64,000 bases of DNA from Cenarchaeum sp. (GTDB lineage Archaea; Thermoproteota; Nitrososphaeria; Nitrososphaerales; Nitrosopumilaceae), in NCBI GenBank assembly GCA_963692915.1, contig OY843584.1, positions 768,001 through 832,000 on the forward strand. The letters run 5' to 3'. Shown here piece by piece: positions 1 to 9,664 of the stretch (positions within the stretch are counted from its first letter, which is position 1; every line of letters starts with the position of its first letter). A program made the position numbers and the translations under genes. The notes below the pieces were generated by a model. That model was not told where the DNA came from. It was given only the letters and a program-made list of their open reading frames with translations, and ran no database searches.

Positions 1-1103
1 AAGACAAAGCCGCAGTCATAGGGTCCCGGTGACGCTTCGGGATGAAACTGCACTGCTATGCATTTTCCTCCCGAGTGCCTGATGCCCTCAACGGTTTTGT
101 CATCTGTATTAGTGAACCACAGGTTAAACTCCGAGCCTTCCAGTGACTTGGGATCGATGCAATATCCATGGTTTTGGCTCGTGACGTACACATTTCCCGT
201 GTCCACGTCAAGACACGGCTTGTTCTGCCCGCGGTGGCCGTACTTCATCTTGTACGTGCCTGCGCCTCCGGCCAACGCGATTATCTGCGCGCCAAGGCAT
301 ATGCCAAGCGTTGGAATGCCACGCGAGACAAGTTCACGAACAGCATCAACTGCCTGTGGACAGTGCTGCGGGTCTCCCGGACCGTTGCTTATTATCACGC
401 CAGCTGGATTGTGCTCTAGTATGCGCGATGCCGGCGTGTCCCATGGCACGACGACTGCACGAAATCCCAGGCGGCAGACATTGCGCAGTATGGCGTTCTT
501 TACGCCCGTGTCAACGACGACGACTGTCCGGCCGTTGCCGTATGACACCTCGCGTGTCGTGGAGACGGACTCGACGAGTCGCTCAGATGCATAGTCGTGG
601 CCTCCAATAGAGCGCAGGACGGCCTGCGTGTCTATCTCCGAGTCAGACACGCATATTGCTGCCATCGTCGAGCCAGCAGACCTGAGCGTCTTTGTGAGCT
701 CTCGCGTGTCAATGCCGGCTATGCCCTGCACACCCTCGCGGTTGAGCCACTCATCAAGCGTGGAGACGAGGCTCCGGTGGTTTGCGACATGAGAGAGCTC
801 GTGAATCACTAGCCCGCGCGCATGTATCTTTGAGGACTCGACGTTGAGGCGTATGCCATTATCGTCTGCGGCCTCTGTGTCTGGCACGCCATAGTTGCCC
901 ACAAGTGGGTACGTTACGGTCACGAGTTGACCACCATACGAGGGATCCGTGAGCGTCTCGGTATAGCCGACCATCCCCGTGTTAAAGACGAGCTCGCCGA
1001 CGGCAGTCCCCGTGCTTCCAAAGCCCTCTCCGCGTATCACCGTGCCGTCCCCCAGCACTAGTGCTCCAAATTTGCCCGCATGCTGCGATCTTTTAGTAGG
1101 TAT
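1..1103 (-). CDS. carA: Carbamoyl-phosphate synthase small subunit (3' end runs off the window; start uncertain)
   Basis: Manual minus-strand translation gives GALVLGDGTVIRGEGFG...GELVFNTGMVGYTETLTDPSYGGQ...YPLVGNYGVP and a C-terminal IAVQFHPEASPGP glutaminase motif. Absent from the ORF track because there is no stop in the window. Confidence 0.93.
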   Translation of the reverse strand, partial: MPTKRSQHAGKFGALVLGDGTVIRGEGFGSTGTAVGELVFNTGMVGYTETLTDPSYGGQLVTVTYPLVGNYGVPDTEAADDNGIRLNVESSKIHARGLVIHELSHVANHRSLVSTLDEWLNREGVQGIAGIDTRELTKTLRSAGSTMAAICVSDSEIDTQAVLRSIGGHDYASERLVESVSTTREVSYGNGRTVVVVDTGVKNAILRNVCRLGFRAVVVPWDTPASRILEHNPAGVIISNGPGDPQHCPQAVDAVRELVSRGIPTLGICLGAQIIALAGGAGTYKMKYGHRGQNKPCLDVDTGNVYVTSQNHGYCIDPKSLEGSEFNLWFTNTDDKTVEGIRHSGGKCIAVQFHPEASPGPYDCGFV

Positions 1104-1352
1104 CTTTGACCCTCAACGGCGCGCCGACGGCGCGGATTTAAATTTTATGAGGAAATTGGGCGGAATTTCAGGCCACGGCGGCTCGTCTGGCCAGCATTGC
1201 CAAGATCGCCATGCGTGATGACACGCGTGGGGGAACTGCAGGGTCAGGCCACATCAGACGGCCAAACCATGTCTCGGTGTGGCCGTGCGTGGACAGACAC
1301 GGGCGGCAGTGTCCAAATGCGCCCCTCTTGTGGCACCGCTAGGGACGTTTGC

Positions 1353-2546
1353 CTAGAGTGCCCCGAACTGCTCGGCCCACTTTTGGTACGCGCGAACCAT
1401 CTCGTCAGACACGCTAGGCTTTCTCTGACCCATGACCTCCTTAAAGTCGGCCATCGTTATGTCCTTTGGCTGCTGCGGCGACTCGCCCTCAATGGGCTCC
1501 TTGTATCCAGGGGAGCCCAGGAGGTCATGAACCACCTTTAGCTGCACGCTCTGGCACGCATCCTTTATGTCACTCGCGCTGTACCTGTCAAAGAGCTTTG
1601 CGAGCATTGCGGTTCGCACGCGCACGTCCTTGTGGAGGGGCGCGGTGTAGAGGTCAAAGAGGTTCTTGCGCGCCTCAAGGGACGGCAGCGATATGTTGAT
1701 CCTCTTTTGGAACCTCCGCAGAAACGCATCATCTAGGCTCCACGGCTTGTTCGTCGCACCGATGACGTACATCTTTAGATTTTTGCCCTTGCCGCTAACG
1801 CCGTCCATCTCGGTAAGAAACTGGTTTTTGGTGCGAACCTCTCCGCCGATCTCGCTGTTGCGCGATCCCAGCAGCGAATCTACCTCGTCGATGAACAGTA
1901 TAACGGGCTTTCCCTCCCGCTCGGTGAGCCCGCGTGCCATCGTAAATAGTTGCGAGACGTTCTTTTCTGCCTCGCCAAGCCATTTGCTCATTATCGACGA
2001 GGCATCCACGCTGATAAAGTATCCGTCAAGCTCGCTTGCCGTGGCTGCCGCCAGTATTGTCTTGCCGCATCCCGGAGGGCCATACAGGAGTATGCCACGT
2101 GGCCATCCCAGCGGAAACAGGTCGGGCCGTTTTGTCGGATAGACTATAGACTCGCGCAGTGCGTTCTTTGCGGTCTCGAGGCCGATGACCTCATCCCACT
2201 TTACGTTGGGCTTTTCGCGTATGATAAGCTCGTCAAACGAGTTGGATGCGCGCTGGCCATCTAGGGACTTTTTTTGCTCCTCGGGCGTCTTTGTGGGGTC
2301 AATGACTGGCTCTGCGCCGTGGGAGGACTGGAGAACCGTTATCCTCTTCTTGTACGAGTCGACGCGCTCCTTGTAAAGCGCTGCGAGCTTGCACGCGGGG
2401 TATAGGCGGAGTATCTGCAGGAGCGAGTCGATGGATTTTTGGTAGCTCGCCACTGCCATGCCACGTGCGCCCTGGGAGTCAAACCTGAGCGCGTCCGTGG
2501 CGTGTTTGCTCGCACTGTCCTCAAGCTTCTGCGGTGCTAGGCTCAA
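1353..2546 (-). CDS. cdvC: Cell division AAA ATPase CdvC (Vps4-like, MIT + AAA)
   Basis: N-terminal MIT-like helices, Walker A GPPGCGKT, Walker B LFIDEVD, SKWLGEAEK, ATNKPW, and a Vps4-type C-terminal helix. Confidence 0.92.
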   Translation of the reverse strand: MSLAPQKLEDSASKHATDALRFDSQGARGMAVASYQKSIDSLLQILRLYPACKLAALYKERVDSYKKRITVLQSSHGAEPVIDPTKTPEEQKKSLDGQRASNSFDELIIREKPNVKWDEVIGLETAKNALRESIVYPTKRPDLFPLGWPRGILLYGPPGCGKTILAAATASELDGYFISVDASSIMSKWLGEAEKNVSQLFTMARGLTEREGKPVILFIDEVDSLLGSRNSEIGGEVRTKNQFLTEMDGVSGKGKNLKMYVIGATNKPWSLDDAFLRRFQKRINISLPSLEARKNLFDLYTAPLHKDVRVRTAMLAKLFDRYSASDIKDACQSVQLKVVHDLLGSPGYKEPIEGESPQQPKDITMADFKEVMGQRKPSVSDEMVRAYQKWAEQFGAL

Positions 2547-2644
2547 TATTCCACGCTCGTCACGCCAACAGTTGGGGCACGAGTTGGTATTATCGTGTGT
2601 AAGTTATAGTCCATGCCCGTGTTAAATTGTTTAAACCCTCGCCC

Positions 2645-2992
2645 TCAGGCGTCGGCCTGCGCGCCTCGCTGGCACTCCCGAATGCGCCCCACGGCGGCCT
2701 CGGCCAGGGCCAGGAGCTCGGCTGCCCTGCTCTCTGTCCGCTCGGCCTCGGCGGCGGCCTCCTCGGCTATGGAGACGACTTCCTCGAGTGCCGCGACTGC
2801 CTTGCTGGAGGCTCCCTGCCTGTGAAGCGCGTGGCGTGCGACCTGCAGGACGCAGTCAAGATCCCGCAGCTCGCCGTCACTCAGGCCCGCAAGTGCATCA
2901 CGCCCCTCGATGCGACGCTCGCGCATGGCCGAGCCGACGCGCTCGCCAAGCTCGGCCACACGTGCTGCCGGGGTCTTGCGCACTATGCCCAT
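2645..2992 (-). CDS. Hypothetical helical protein
   Basis: 115-aa ORF overlapping the upstream CdvB-like gene by 10 nt, in an operon-like position before cdvC. Confidence 0.55.
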   Translation of the reverse strand: MGIVRKTPAARVAELGERVGSAMRERRIEGRDALAGLSDGELRDLDCVLQVARHALHRQGASSKAVAALEEVVSIAEEAAAEAERTESRAAELLALAEAAVGRIRECQRGAQADA

Positions 2993-3540
2993 GCGCCGCC
3001 CAGCGCCGCGGGATCTAGTTTAGGGTAGCGCTTGCAGAGTTTAGAGTCAACGATCAACTTTGCGCCCTCTAGCGCACGCGCGGCCTCTTGTGCGCACGCG
3101 CCATAATCAGCCCTCGTTCCGGCCATGAGTGCAGCATCGATGGTCACGCTTCCAAGCGTGCCGGCCGCCTCGTCCAGTGTCATGGCGCACGTGGGAGCAG
3201 GCTCATGAGCCTGCGAGCTGGCCGCGCGAACCATCGATATTGCCACCGGAAGAGCCACGGCAAGGCCCCGCAGGCCGCCCGTGCTGCGAATCAGCTCCAG
3301 GGCACCACGCGTCGAGCCGGCTGCGATGAGCAGCGAGCGCTCGGTGCGCACGCGCGCAGCCAGTGCGTGATCATCCCCACGTGGGCGCACGTGGGCGCTG
3401 CCGGCCATGGACTCGAGTTCTGCGCATGCGCGCTCTAGGAGCGAGACTGCGTACGCTATTCTTGGCGTGAGCGTCACGCCCTGGGCGGCCACTGCCACCG
3501 TGAGGGCATTTCGCGTCTCCGTGTGTGCCATATACGACAT
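2983..3540 (-). CDS. Divergent CdvB/ESCRT-III (Snf7-like) paralog
   Basis: Pattern LPVAISMVR...LDEAAGTLGSVTIDAA...QEAARALEGAKLIVDSKLCKRYPKL matches the CdvB C-terminal half. A CdvB paralog lies two genes from cdvC in Nitrosopumilus (recalled). Confidence 0.7.
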   Translation of the reverse strand: MSYMAHTETRNALTVAVAAQGVTLTPRIAYAVSLLERACAELESMAGSAHVRPRGDDHALAARVRTERSLLIAAGSTRGALELIRSTGGLRGLAVALPVAISMVRAASSQAHEPAPTCAMTLDEAAGTLGSVTIDAALMAGTRADYGACAQEAARALEGAKLIVDSKLCKRYPKLDPAALGGAWA

Positions 3541-3689
3541 AGCTCAATCCCGGTATATCACGGCGCCGTTGCCGCATGGCGCGTAGCCACGGTGACGCCC
3601 ACGGGGGTGACAGATCAGAGTATTTTTTGAGCAGTCACGCAAAGGAAGTTGGCACGCACAATTACCAAAGGCGTGCGTGAGGGGGACTC

Positions 3690-4880
3690 ATGGGAGTCGC
3701 AGAGAGCCTGGCAGCAGGCCTAGCCGAGTTTGGCCTGAGCCAGTACGAGGCTCGCGCATACGTCGCGCTCCTCGCCAAGGGAACCGCGACTGCCGGCGAG
3801 CTCGCATACAGGGCGGAGATACCGCGCACAAAGGTGTATCCCGTGATGCTCCGCCTCGAGAAGAGGGGCCTGGCCACTGTGGGGAACAAGAAGCCCGTAA
3901 CGTGCTCGGCGGTTCCGCCCGAGGAGTCCCTCGAGGGCTCGATCAAGATGCAGATAGACAAGGTCAACTCTATGAACTCGCTAGTCTCCGGACTCCGGTC
4001 TGTGAGTGACGGCGCGAGGCGCCTCCGTGGAACCGAGGAGCGCAAGTACTCCCACGTCGGGCACGCAGGCGTGCTCGCTAGCGCACAGGAGATGGTAGGA
4101 GGAGCATCATCCTCCATGCACGCAGTTGTAGATGACGCAGGACTGGGCGTCATTGTCGAGTGCGTCGAGGTCATCATCGCCGCTGTCCGCCGTGGCGTAG
4201 ATGTCAGGATTATCACAACTCCAGATGCAATAGGAACCGAGCCGATGCAAAAGATCCCGCGCAGCGTCAAAGTTCGCATAGCCCGCTCGGGTCACAACTG
4301 CATGATCCTTGATGGCACGGGCGTCCTGATCCTAGGTGGAGATGCTGGCCGCGCCGCCGCACTAGAGTCATCCCCCATAGTGGGCGGTGACCTCGAGAGG
4401 GCATTTGAGCTGCTGTGGGAGGATGCAATTCCGGCAGCGCCACTCTCGTCACTTGGTCACGATGCAGCGCAGGAGGCGTATCGAGCGATCGTCCTTGTCG
4501 ACAAGGCAGGACTTGGCCATGCGCTCGGTTCAGCGATCACGCGCACAAAGGGCGGAATGGCAGCGCTTCTCAAGGACAATGGCATAGACATAAGCGGACG
4601 CAATCTCGATGACGTGGTATGCCTAGCCAACGCGGCGATTCGCGCAACGTGCGATGGGCGCGTCTCCGTCGACGAAAAGAGCGGGAGCATACTAGTCGAG
4701 TCAGACCTAAACAGCGGACACTCGCTTCCGTGGGCCAGCATGATTGAGGGATATCTCGAGTCGCACGGAGTCAAGACAAGGCTAGTCTACCAGGCAGGCC
4801 CGAAGCGCGGCGAGCGCGTCCACATAAAAATGGCCGGCCGACGGCGCAACGCGGCCAATGGCCAACAATCCGGCCAATAG
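3690..4880 (+). CDS. TrmB-family transcriptional regulator
   Basis: N-terminal FGLSQYEARAYVALL...EIPRTKVYPVMLRLEKRGL TrmB wHTH followed by a PLD-like effector domain. Confidence 0.85.
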   Translation: MGVAESLAAGLAEFGLSQYEARAYVALLAKGTATAGELAYRAEIPRTKVYPVMLRLEKRGLATVGNKKPVTCSAVPPEESLEGSIKMQIDKVNSMNSLVSGLRSVSDGARRLRGTEERKYSHVGHAGVLASAQEMVGGASSSMHAVVDDAGLGVIVECVEVIIAAVRRGVDVRIITTPDAIGTEPMQKIPRSVKVRIARSGHNCMILDGTGVLILGGDAGRAAALESSPIVGGDLERAFELLWEDAIPAAPLSSLGHDAAQEAYRAIVLVDKAGLGHALGSAITRTKGGMAALLKDNGIDISGRNLDDVVCLANAAIRATCDGRVSVDEKSGSILVESDLNSGHSLPWASMIEGYLESHGVKTRLVYQAGPKRGERVHIKMAGRRRNAANGQQSGQ

Positions 4881-5028
4881 CGCCAAACGCAGCCTTCAAG
4901 GTCGCGATATCGGCTCACGCGGGTCGCTTGCAGGAGAAACCCCCCACCAGGCCGATCCTGCCCCAACATATCAAGAATGACCTGTTTTTGCGCAAGAGTT
5001 AAAATTGGTCACGCAATGACGCGATCTC

Positions 5029-5484
5029 GTGTCAGTCGAGGAGAGGCTTGCATCATACCTGCTCGGTCCTCTGCCGGAGGCTCCCGTGCCCGCTGGCGCG
5101 TACGCGCCAGTCGCACTCGCCGGCAAGCTTGCCTTTGTCTCAGGGCAGATCCCCATAAGTGGTGGGAACATTCGCTATAGGGGCGCAGTCAGTGCCGACA
5201 ATGTGGTCGAGGGTCGCGAGTCTGCGCGCCTTTGCGCGCTCAACGTGCTCTCTCAGCTTCGAGCCAAGGTCGGATCGCTCGATCGTGTCAAAAATGTCGT
5301 TCGCATCACCGGATACGTGAACTCGGGGCCCGGATTTACGGACCAGCCCGCAGTCATGGATGGCGCATCAGAGATGTTTGCCGCCGCCTTTGGGCCAAAG
5401 ACCCACGCGCGCGTCGCAATAGGCGTCTCATCACTTCCGATGAACGTAATGACCGAGGTAGACGCGATAGCCGAGCTGGCCTAG
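5029..5484 (+). CDS. RidA/YjgF/UK114 family protein
   Basis: GAYAPV...FVSGQIP...HARVAIGVSSLP...EVD motifs. Confidence 0.88.
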   Translation: MSVEERLASYLLGPLPEAPVPAGAYAPVALAGKLAFVSGQIPISGGNIRYRGAVSADNVVEGRESARLCALNVLSQLRAKVGSLDRVKNVVRITGYVNSGPGFTDQPAVMDGASEMFAAAFGPKTHARVAIGVSSLPMNVMTEVDAIAELA

Positions 5485-6494
5485 TCTAGACGCCTGTTGA
5501 GCTCGCGCAGGAACGTCCTGATCTTCGGCTCGGGCACGAGCGCGCCACACGCCCTGTTGTGACCGCCACCCGAGCCGCCAAGCTCGGTGGAGAGAGAGTT
5601 GACAATCCTTCCAAGATGAACCTTGCACGCCTTGGAGCCCCTAACTGAGACTGCGCACGTGCCGTGGGAAGGCCGGCGACGGAATGCGACGCCAACTGTC
5701 TTGCCCGAGAGGCCAAGGGCAAAGTTGACTGCACCGCCGGCGCCCGAGTCAGTCGTCTCAACATATCCAATGTTCTTCATCCGCTTGAGGTTTCTTCGCA
5801 CGCCTGACATGACATCGGCTAGCTTTGCGGCACCAAGGCGAGCCTGCTCATATGCGCCATCGATGTCATGCGGGTAGCGCGAGGCGGCCAGTGCGGCGAC
5901 TATTTTTTGCAAGTATTCAGGATCCTTTTGCCGGCTCACAATATTGTACGTCAGAACCGTCGCGCTGACAAGCGCAAATTGCCTGTCATATGTCTGCAGC
6001 AAACGGGCGCCCATTGGCCTGTCCTCCATATAGTCAGTGATTGCCGCGCATGCAGCAACAAAGCGCGCGTGCTCGGAGAGCCGGCGCGAGAACGTCTGGT
6101 ACACTAGCACGCTGGCGCACTCGCCGATGTCGTGAACCATAGTGATGCCGGCGGCGACTAGCCTTCTGCGCACCGATGGCGCGATGTCATGATGATCGAT
6201 ATATGTGACCTGGACGCGCCTCTTGCGAAGCGCGCGAAGCTCCTCTACAAATGCGTCCTGGTTTCTCTTGCTGAGCCCAAGATCGCAGATAAAGAGGCGC
6301 TTTAGCGCCAGATCTGCGGCGATCTCGGCGAGGGCATCCATCTGACCAGGATAGTCCACAAGGACGGTGCTTCCGCCAAAGGCCTCGCGTATTAGGGCCG
6401 CGGCACTGATTCCGTCAGCGTCCTCCTTGTGCGAGAGGCAGACGGTCTTTGTCTTTGCCGGTGCGCGCCGACGCGACGCTTTTGTCGAGCCCAT
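5481..6494 (-). CDS. DHH/DHHA1 family phosphoesterase
   Basis: HKEDADG, ICDLG, YIDHH and C-terminal GGGH motifs. Confidence 0.88.
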   Translation of the reverse strand: MGSTKASRRRAPAKTKTVCLSHKEDADGISAAALIREAFGGSTVLVDYPGQMDALAEIAADLALKRLFICDLGLSKRNQDAFVEELRALRKRRVQVTYIDHHDIAPSVRRRLVAAGITMVHDIGECASVLVYQTFSRRLSEHARFVAACAAITDYMEDRPMGARLLQTYDRQFALVSATVLTYNIVSRQKDPEYLQKIVAALAASRYPHDIDGAYEQARLGAAKLADVMSGVRRNLKRMKNIGYVETTDSGAGGAVNFALGLSGKTVGVAFRRRPSHGTCAVSVRGSKACKVHLGRIVNSLSTELGGSGGGHNRACGALVPEPKIRTFLRELNRRLD

Positions 6495-6546
6495 TAGCGC
6501 AATATACGCAGATCGCCCAATTTAAACCAAAAACGTCCGCGCCGCA

Positions 6547-6729
6547 CTAGGCGCGACGTCGGCCATGAGACGCGACTAGAGCGCCAGACTCGATGACATG
6601 ATCATAGAACGTGGTGCCTGACATTTGTGTCTCGATATCAAGCCTCTGCAGCTCCCTTAGGCGCTCTGGCGAGGCACCAAGGACAATCTCGTCAACGCTC
6701 CTCATCAGGCGCCTCTCCTCAGATGACAT
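6547..6729 (-). CDS. Small hypothetical protein (GxTFYD motif)
   Basis: 60-aa ORF from ATG 6729, similar to the ORF at 8039-8245. Confidence 0.65.
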   Translation of the reverse strand: MSSEERRLMRSVDEIVLGASPERLRELQRLDIETQMSGTTFYDHVIESGALVASHGRRRA

Positions 6730-6866
6730 CTTGGCCAAGGGTGTCAAATTTGCGCTATATGGCAAAGTGTTGAAAGTTTAGACAAAATGCTAAGCTATGC
6801 GGTGCTACCATGCGTGACCCGTGCGTGTAGGTTATAATATCACCATGCGCACGCCGATGCACACAC

Positions 6867-8036
6867 ATGGAGACAAAGAACATCGGACTACGTGGAATAG
6901 AGGTCGCCGACACGCGCATATCAAACATTGATGGCGGGAGGGGCAAGCTCATCTATCGCGGGTATGATATTGAAGAGCTTGCAAGAAAGTCAAGCTTTGA
7001 GGAGACGTCATACCTGCTCCTCCACGACCGCTTGCCGACAAAGGCCGAGTATGCCGATTTTGTGCGCAAGGTGGCCGAGGCGCGCTGGATACCCAAACAG
7101 ATGCAGACGAACATGGGTAACTGGAGGAGAGACGCGGATCCGATGGATATGCTCCAGGCGTTTGTCGCCGCGCTGGCCGGATACTATGACGAGGAGTTTT
7201 CGACAAAAGAGGCAAGCTATGACCGTGCGATAAACCTGATAGCAAAGGTGCCCACAATAGTCGCAAGCTGGCAGCGTATCCGTAACGGCAAGGTGCCAGT
7301 AGACCCTGATCCCGACCTTGGGCATGCCGCAAACTTTTTGCGCATGATGTCCGGTCGAACACCTGACGAGGAGACCGCACACATATTTGACACGTGCCTT
7401 ATACTTCACGCAGACCACACGTTCAACGCCTCAACGTTCACCGCAAGACAGGTTGCATCGACGCGTGCACACATGTACTCGGCTGCGAGCTCGGCAATTG
7501 GAGCGCTGAGCGGCGAGCTTCACGGCGGCGCAAACTATGAGGTCATGAGGATGCTACTTGACATTGGCGATGTCAGCAAGGTCGAGCCGTGGATACGCGC
7601 TCGCATGGACGCAGGTGGACGCGTCATGGGCATGGGTCATGCAGTGTACAGGACGTTTGATCCCCGTGCAGTTGTCCTCCAACGCCTATCACGCCAGCTT
7701 GCCACAAAGACGCGCGAGCCGTGGTATGACATTACCGAGGCAGTGGAACGCACGACAATGTCGATCATGAAGGACGCAAAGGGCATCGACATATACCCCA
7801 ATGTTGACCTCTACAGCGCGTCAGTCTATTATATGCTAAAGATACCAATGGATCTCAACACCCCGATATTTGCAATCTCGAGGTCAGTCGGGTGGGCAGC
7901 GCACATCATCGAAGAAAAGTTTGCCGAGGCTGCGCCAAAGCCAGCACTCTACAGGCCCAAGGCGATCTATGTCGGCAAATATTGCGGGCCAGACGGATGC
8001 GAGTACAAGCCACTTGACCTGCGCACGCCGATCTAG
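6867..8036 (+). CDS. gltA: Citrate synthase
   Basis: GKLIYRGY, HADHTFNASTFTAR, LHGGAN, MGMGHAVY, PNVDLYS motifs. Confidence 0.95.
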   Translation: METKNIGLRGIEVADTRISNIDGGRGKLIYRGYDIEELARKSSFEETSYLLLHDRLPTKAEYADFVRKVAEARWIPKQMQTNMGNWRRDADPMDMLQAFVAALAGYYDEEFSTKEASYDRAINLIAKVPTIVASWQRIRNGKVPVDPDPDLGHAANFLRMMSGRTPDEETAHIFDTCLILHADHTFNASTFTARQVASTRAHMYSAASSAIGALSGELHGGANYEVMRMLLDIGDVSKVEPWIRARMDAGGRVMGMGHAVYRTFDPRAVVLQRLSRQLATKTREPWYDITEAVERTTMSIMKDAKGIDIYPNVDLYSASVYYMLKIPMDLNTPIFAISRSVGWAAHIIEEKFAEAAPKPALYRPKAIYVGKYCGPDGCEYKPLDLRTPI

Positions 8037-8038
8037 GG

Positions 8039-8245
8039 CTAGTTGTGGGTCTGTGCCCACGTGCGTGCCCTAGAGTCGATGTCGTGGCGGTAGAGAACCT
8101 CAAAGACCATGTCATAGAACGTTATCCCACGACTGCGCGCCTGCTCATCGATCCAGCGTATGCCCTCGGCCAGCTCGGCGTCATGCTGTGCATAACCGAC
8201 GAGCTCGTCGACTGCTGCCGCAAACGTTCCGCGTGAGGCGTCCAT
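8039..8245 (-). CDS. Small hypothetical protein (GxTFYD motif)
   Basis: 68-aa ORF from ATG 8245: MDASRGTFAAAVDELV...GITFYDMVFEVL. Confidence 0.7.
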   Translation of the reverse strand: MDASRGTFAAAVDELVGYAQHDAELAEGIRWIDEQARSRGITFYDMVFEVLYRHDIDSRARTWAQTHN

Positions 8246-8323
8246 CAGGTGCGCCTGACGATCTGCGATCAAAAGGCGCGGATTCAAAAAAAATGCACAA
8301 AACGCGCAGTTTTGAGGCATGAT

Positions 8324-9613
8324 TTAGGGACTCTCACGCCTGAGCAGTATCCCAATGTCGGCGAGGTTTGTTCCCGTGGGGCCAGTCACCACAAGACCGC
8401 CATGGCGCACAAATATCGAGTTAGAGTCGCTCTGACGCAAGAGCGCGGCAATCTCGGCCTTCCTTGCGATCCCCGGACCGGCAAGTGCGCCGGCTGCGCG
8501 CGTGTTGCCGTCAATTCCGTCAGTGCCAACAGAGGCCGCAACTGCGCCTTGCGCCAGGCCGCACATGAGGAGACGCGCGACGAGCTCCTGGTTGCGTCCT
8601 CCCTTGCCCCGTCCGCGAACCCTGACTGTCGGCTCGCCGCCAAACACCACGCATGACATTGGATCATCGCACAGCATGGCAGAGAGTCGACGCGCAACGT
8701 CGGACACGTCGCCATACGAGCTGGCAGTGCGTACCGAGTACCCAAGCGATCTCGCTTTTTTGGACATTGCGCGAATACAGTCAGCGTTTGATGCGAGCAC
8801 GACGTGTGGGATTTGCCGCACGGCACATCTGTGAGTCACACTGGACTCCTGACCGGCACGCAGAGTTTCGGCGACGGCGCGCGGAACGCGCGAGAGAACC
8901 CGGTGCCGCCTCATCACGGCGATCGCGTCAGCAAACGTGGTGTTGTCTGCCACGGTACATCCAGATGACACGTCTGCAGGATCGTCGCCCCTAACATCTG
9001 ACATCACAAGGGCTGCGCCGTCACACGTCATTCCACGAATCAGCCCACCGCCCTTTATTCGCGAGAGGCGTCGACGGACACAGTTTATCTCCCCAATCGT
9101 CGCACCAGACTCGAGGAGAATTTCTGTGGTTTTTGCCTTTTCTGCAAGACTTACGCCGTCAGGTGCGGCCAGCATCGCCGAGCCGCCGCCAGACACCAAA
9201 AAGATCGCATAGTCACCCCTGCGAAGCGACGAGATGCGCTCAATGAGTGCGCGCGCGGCCGCAACGCTGCGTCGCGTTGGCAGCGGATGGCTAGAGTGGA
9301 CTATGCGGTACCGTGAGGGATCCAGGCGCGGGCTCGGAGAGCCGGCCGGGACAACGACTATTCCGTCACTGACTGCAGCACCTGCGTCAGCGGCCTCGGC
9401 CATGGCGCCGGCCGCCTTGCCATAGGCGATGACGCAGACGCGGCGATACCCCGATAGGCGCACGGTTCGGCGCCTGAGCCGCAGGGCATTGCCGGACAGG
9501 GTCGCAGTTGTGCGCGCGTGCGCGTCAGCAGCGGCCAGACCCGCCCCGATCACCACCATTGCGTCGGCGGCAGGGCCCCCTGCGCCGGCCGTCCCCCGCA
9601 GGACTGCCCTCAT
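8324..9613 (-). CDS. Glycerate 2-kinase (MOFRL/DUF4147 family)
   Basis: GKAAGAM, SHPLP, LVSGGGSA, IKGG, GGRNQE, GTDGIDG and TGPTGTN motifs. Confidence 0.9.
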   Translation of the reverse strand: MRAVLRGTAGAGGPAADAMVVIGAGLAAADAHARTTATLSGNALRLRRRTVRLSGYRRVCVIAYGKAAGAMAEAADAGAAVSDGIVVVPAGSPSPRLDPSRYRIVHSSHPLPTRRSVAAARALIERISSLRRGDYAIFLVSGGGSAMLAAPDGVSLAEKAKTTEILLESGATIGEINCVRRRLSRIKGGGLIRGMTCDGAALVMSDVRGDDPADVSSGCTVADNTTFADAIAVMRRHRVLSRVPRAVAETLRAGQESSVTHRCAVRQIPHVVLASNADCIRAMSKKARSLGYSVRTASSYGDVSDVARRLSAMLCDDPMSCVVFGGEPTVRVRGRGKGGRNQELVARLLMCGLAQGAVAASVGTDGIDGNTRAAGALAGPGIARKAEIAALLRQSDSNSIFVRHGGLVVTGPTGTNLADIGILLRRESP

Positions 9614-9664
9614 ATGGTCACTAGGCGCCCAAGATATAATAATGAACGTTTGGGGGGTGCTGCC

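Noticed and set aside
4900-4975. H/ACA-like hairpin (ATCGGC...GCCGAT, then ACA)
   Set aside because: Stems are short, the ACA is not adjacent to the stem and there is no clear K-turn. Expected by chance at this GC content.
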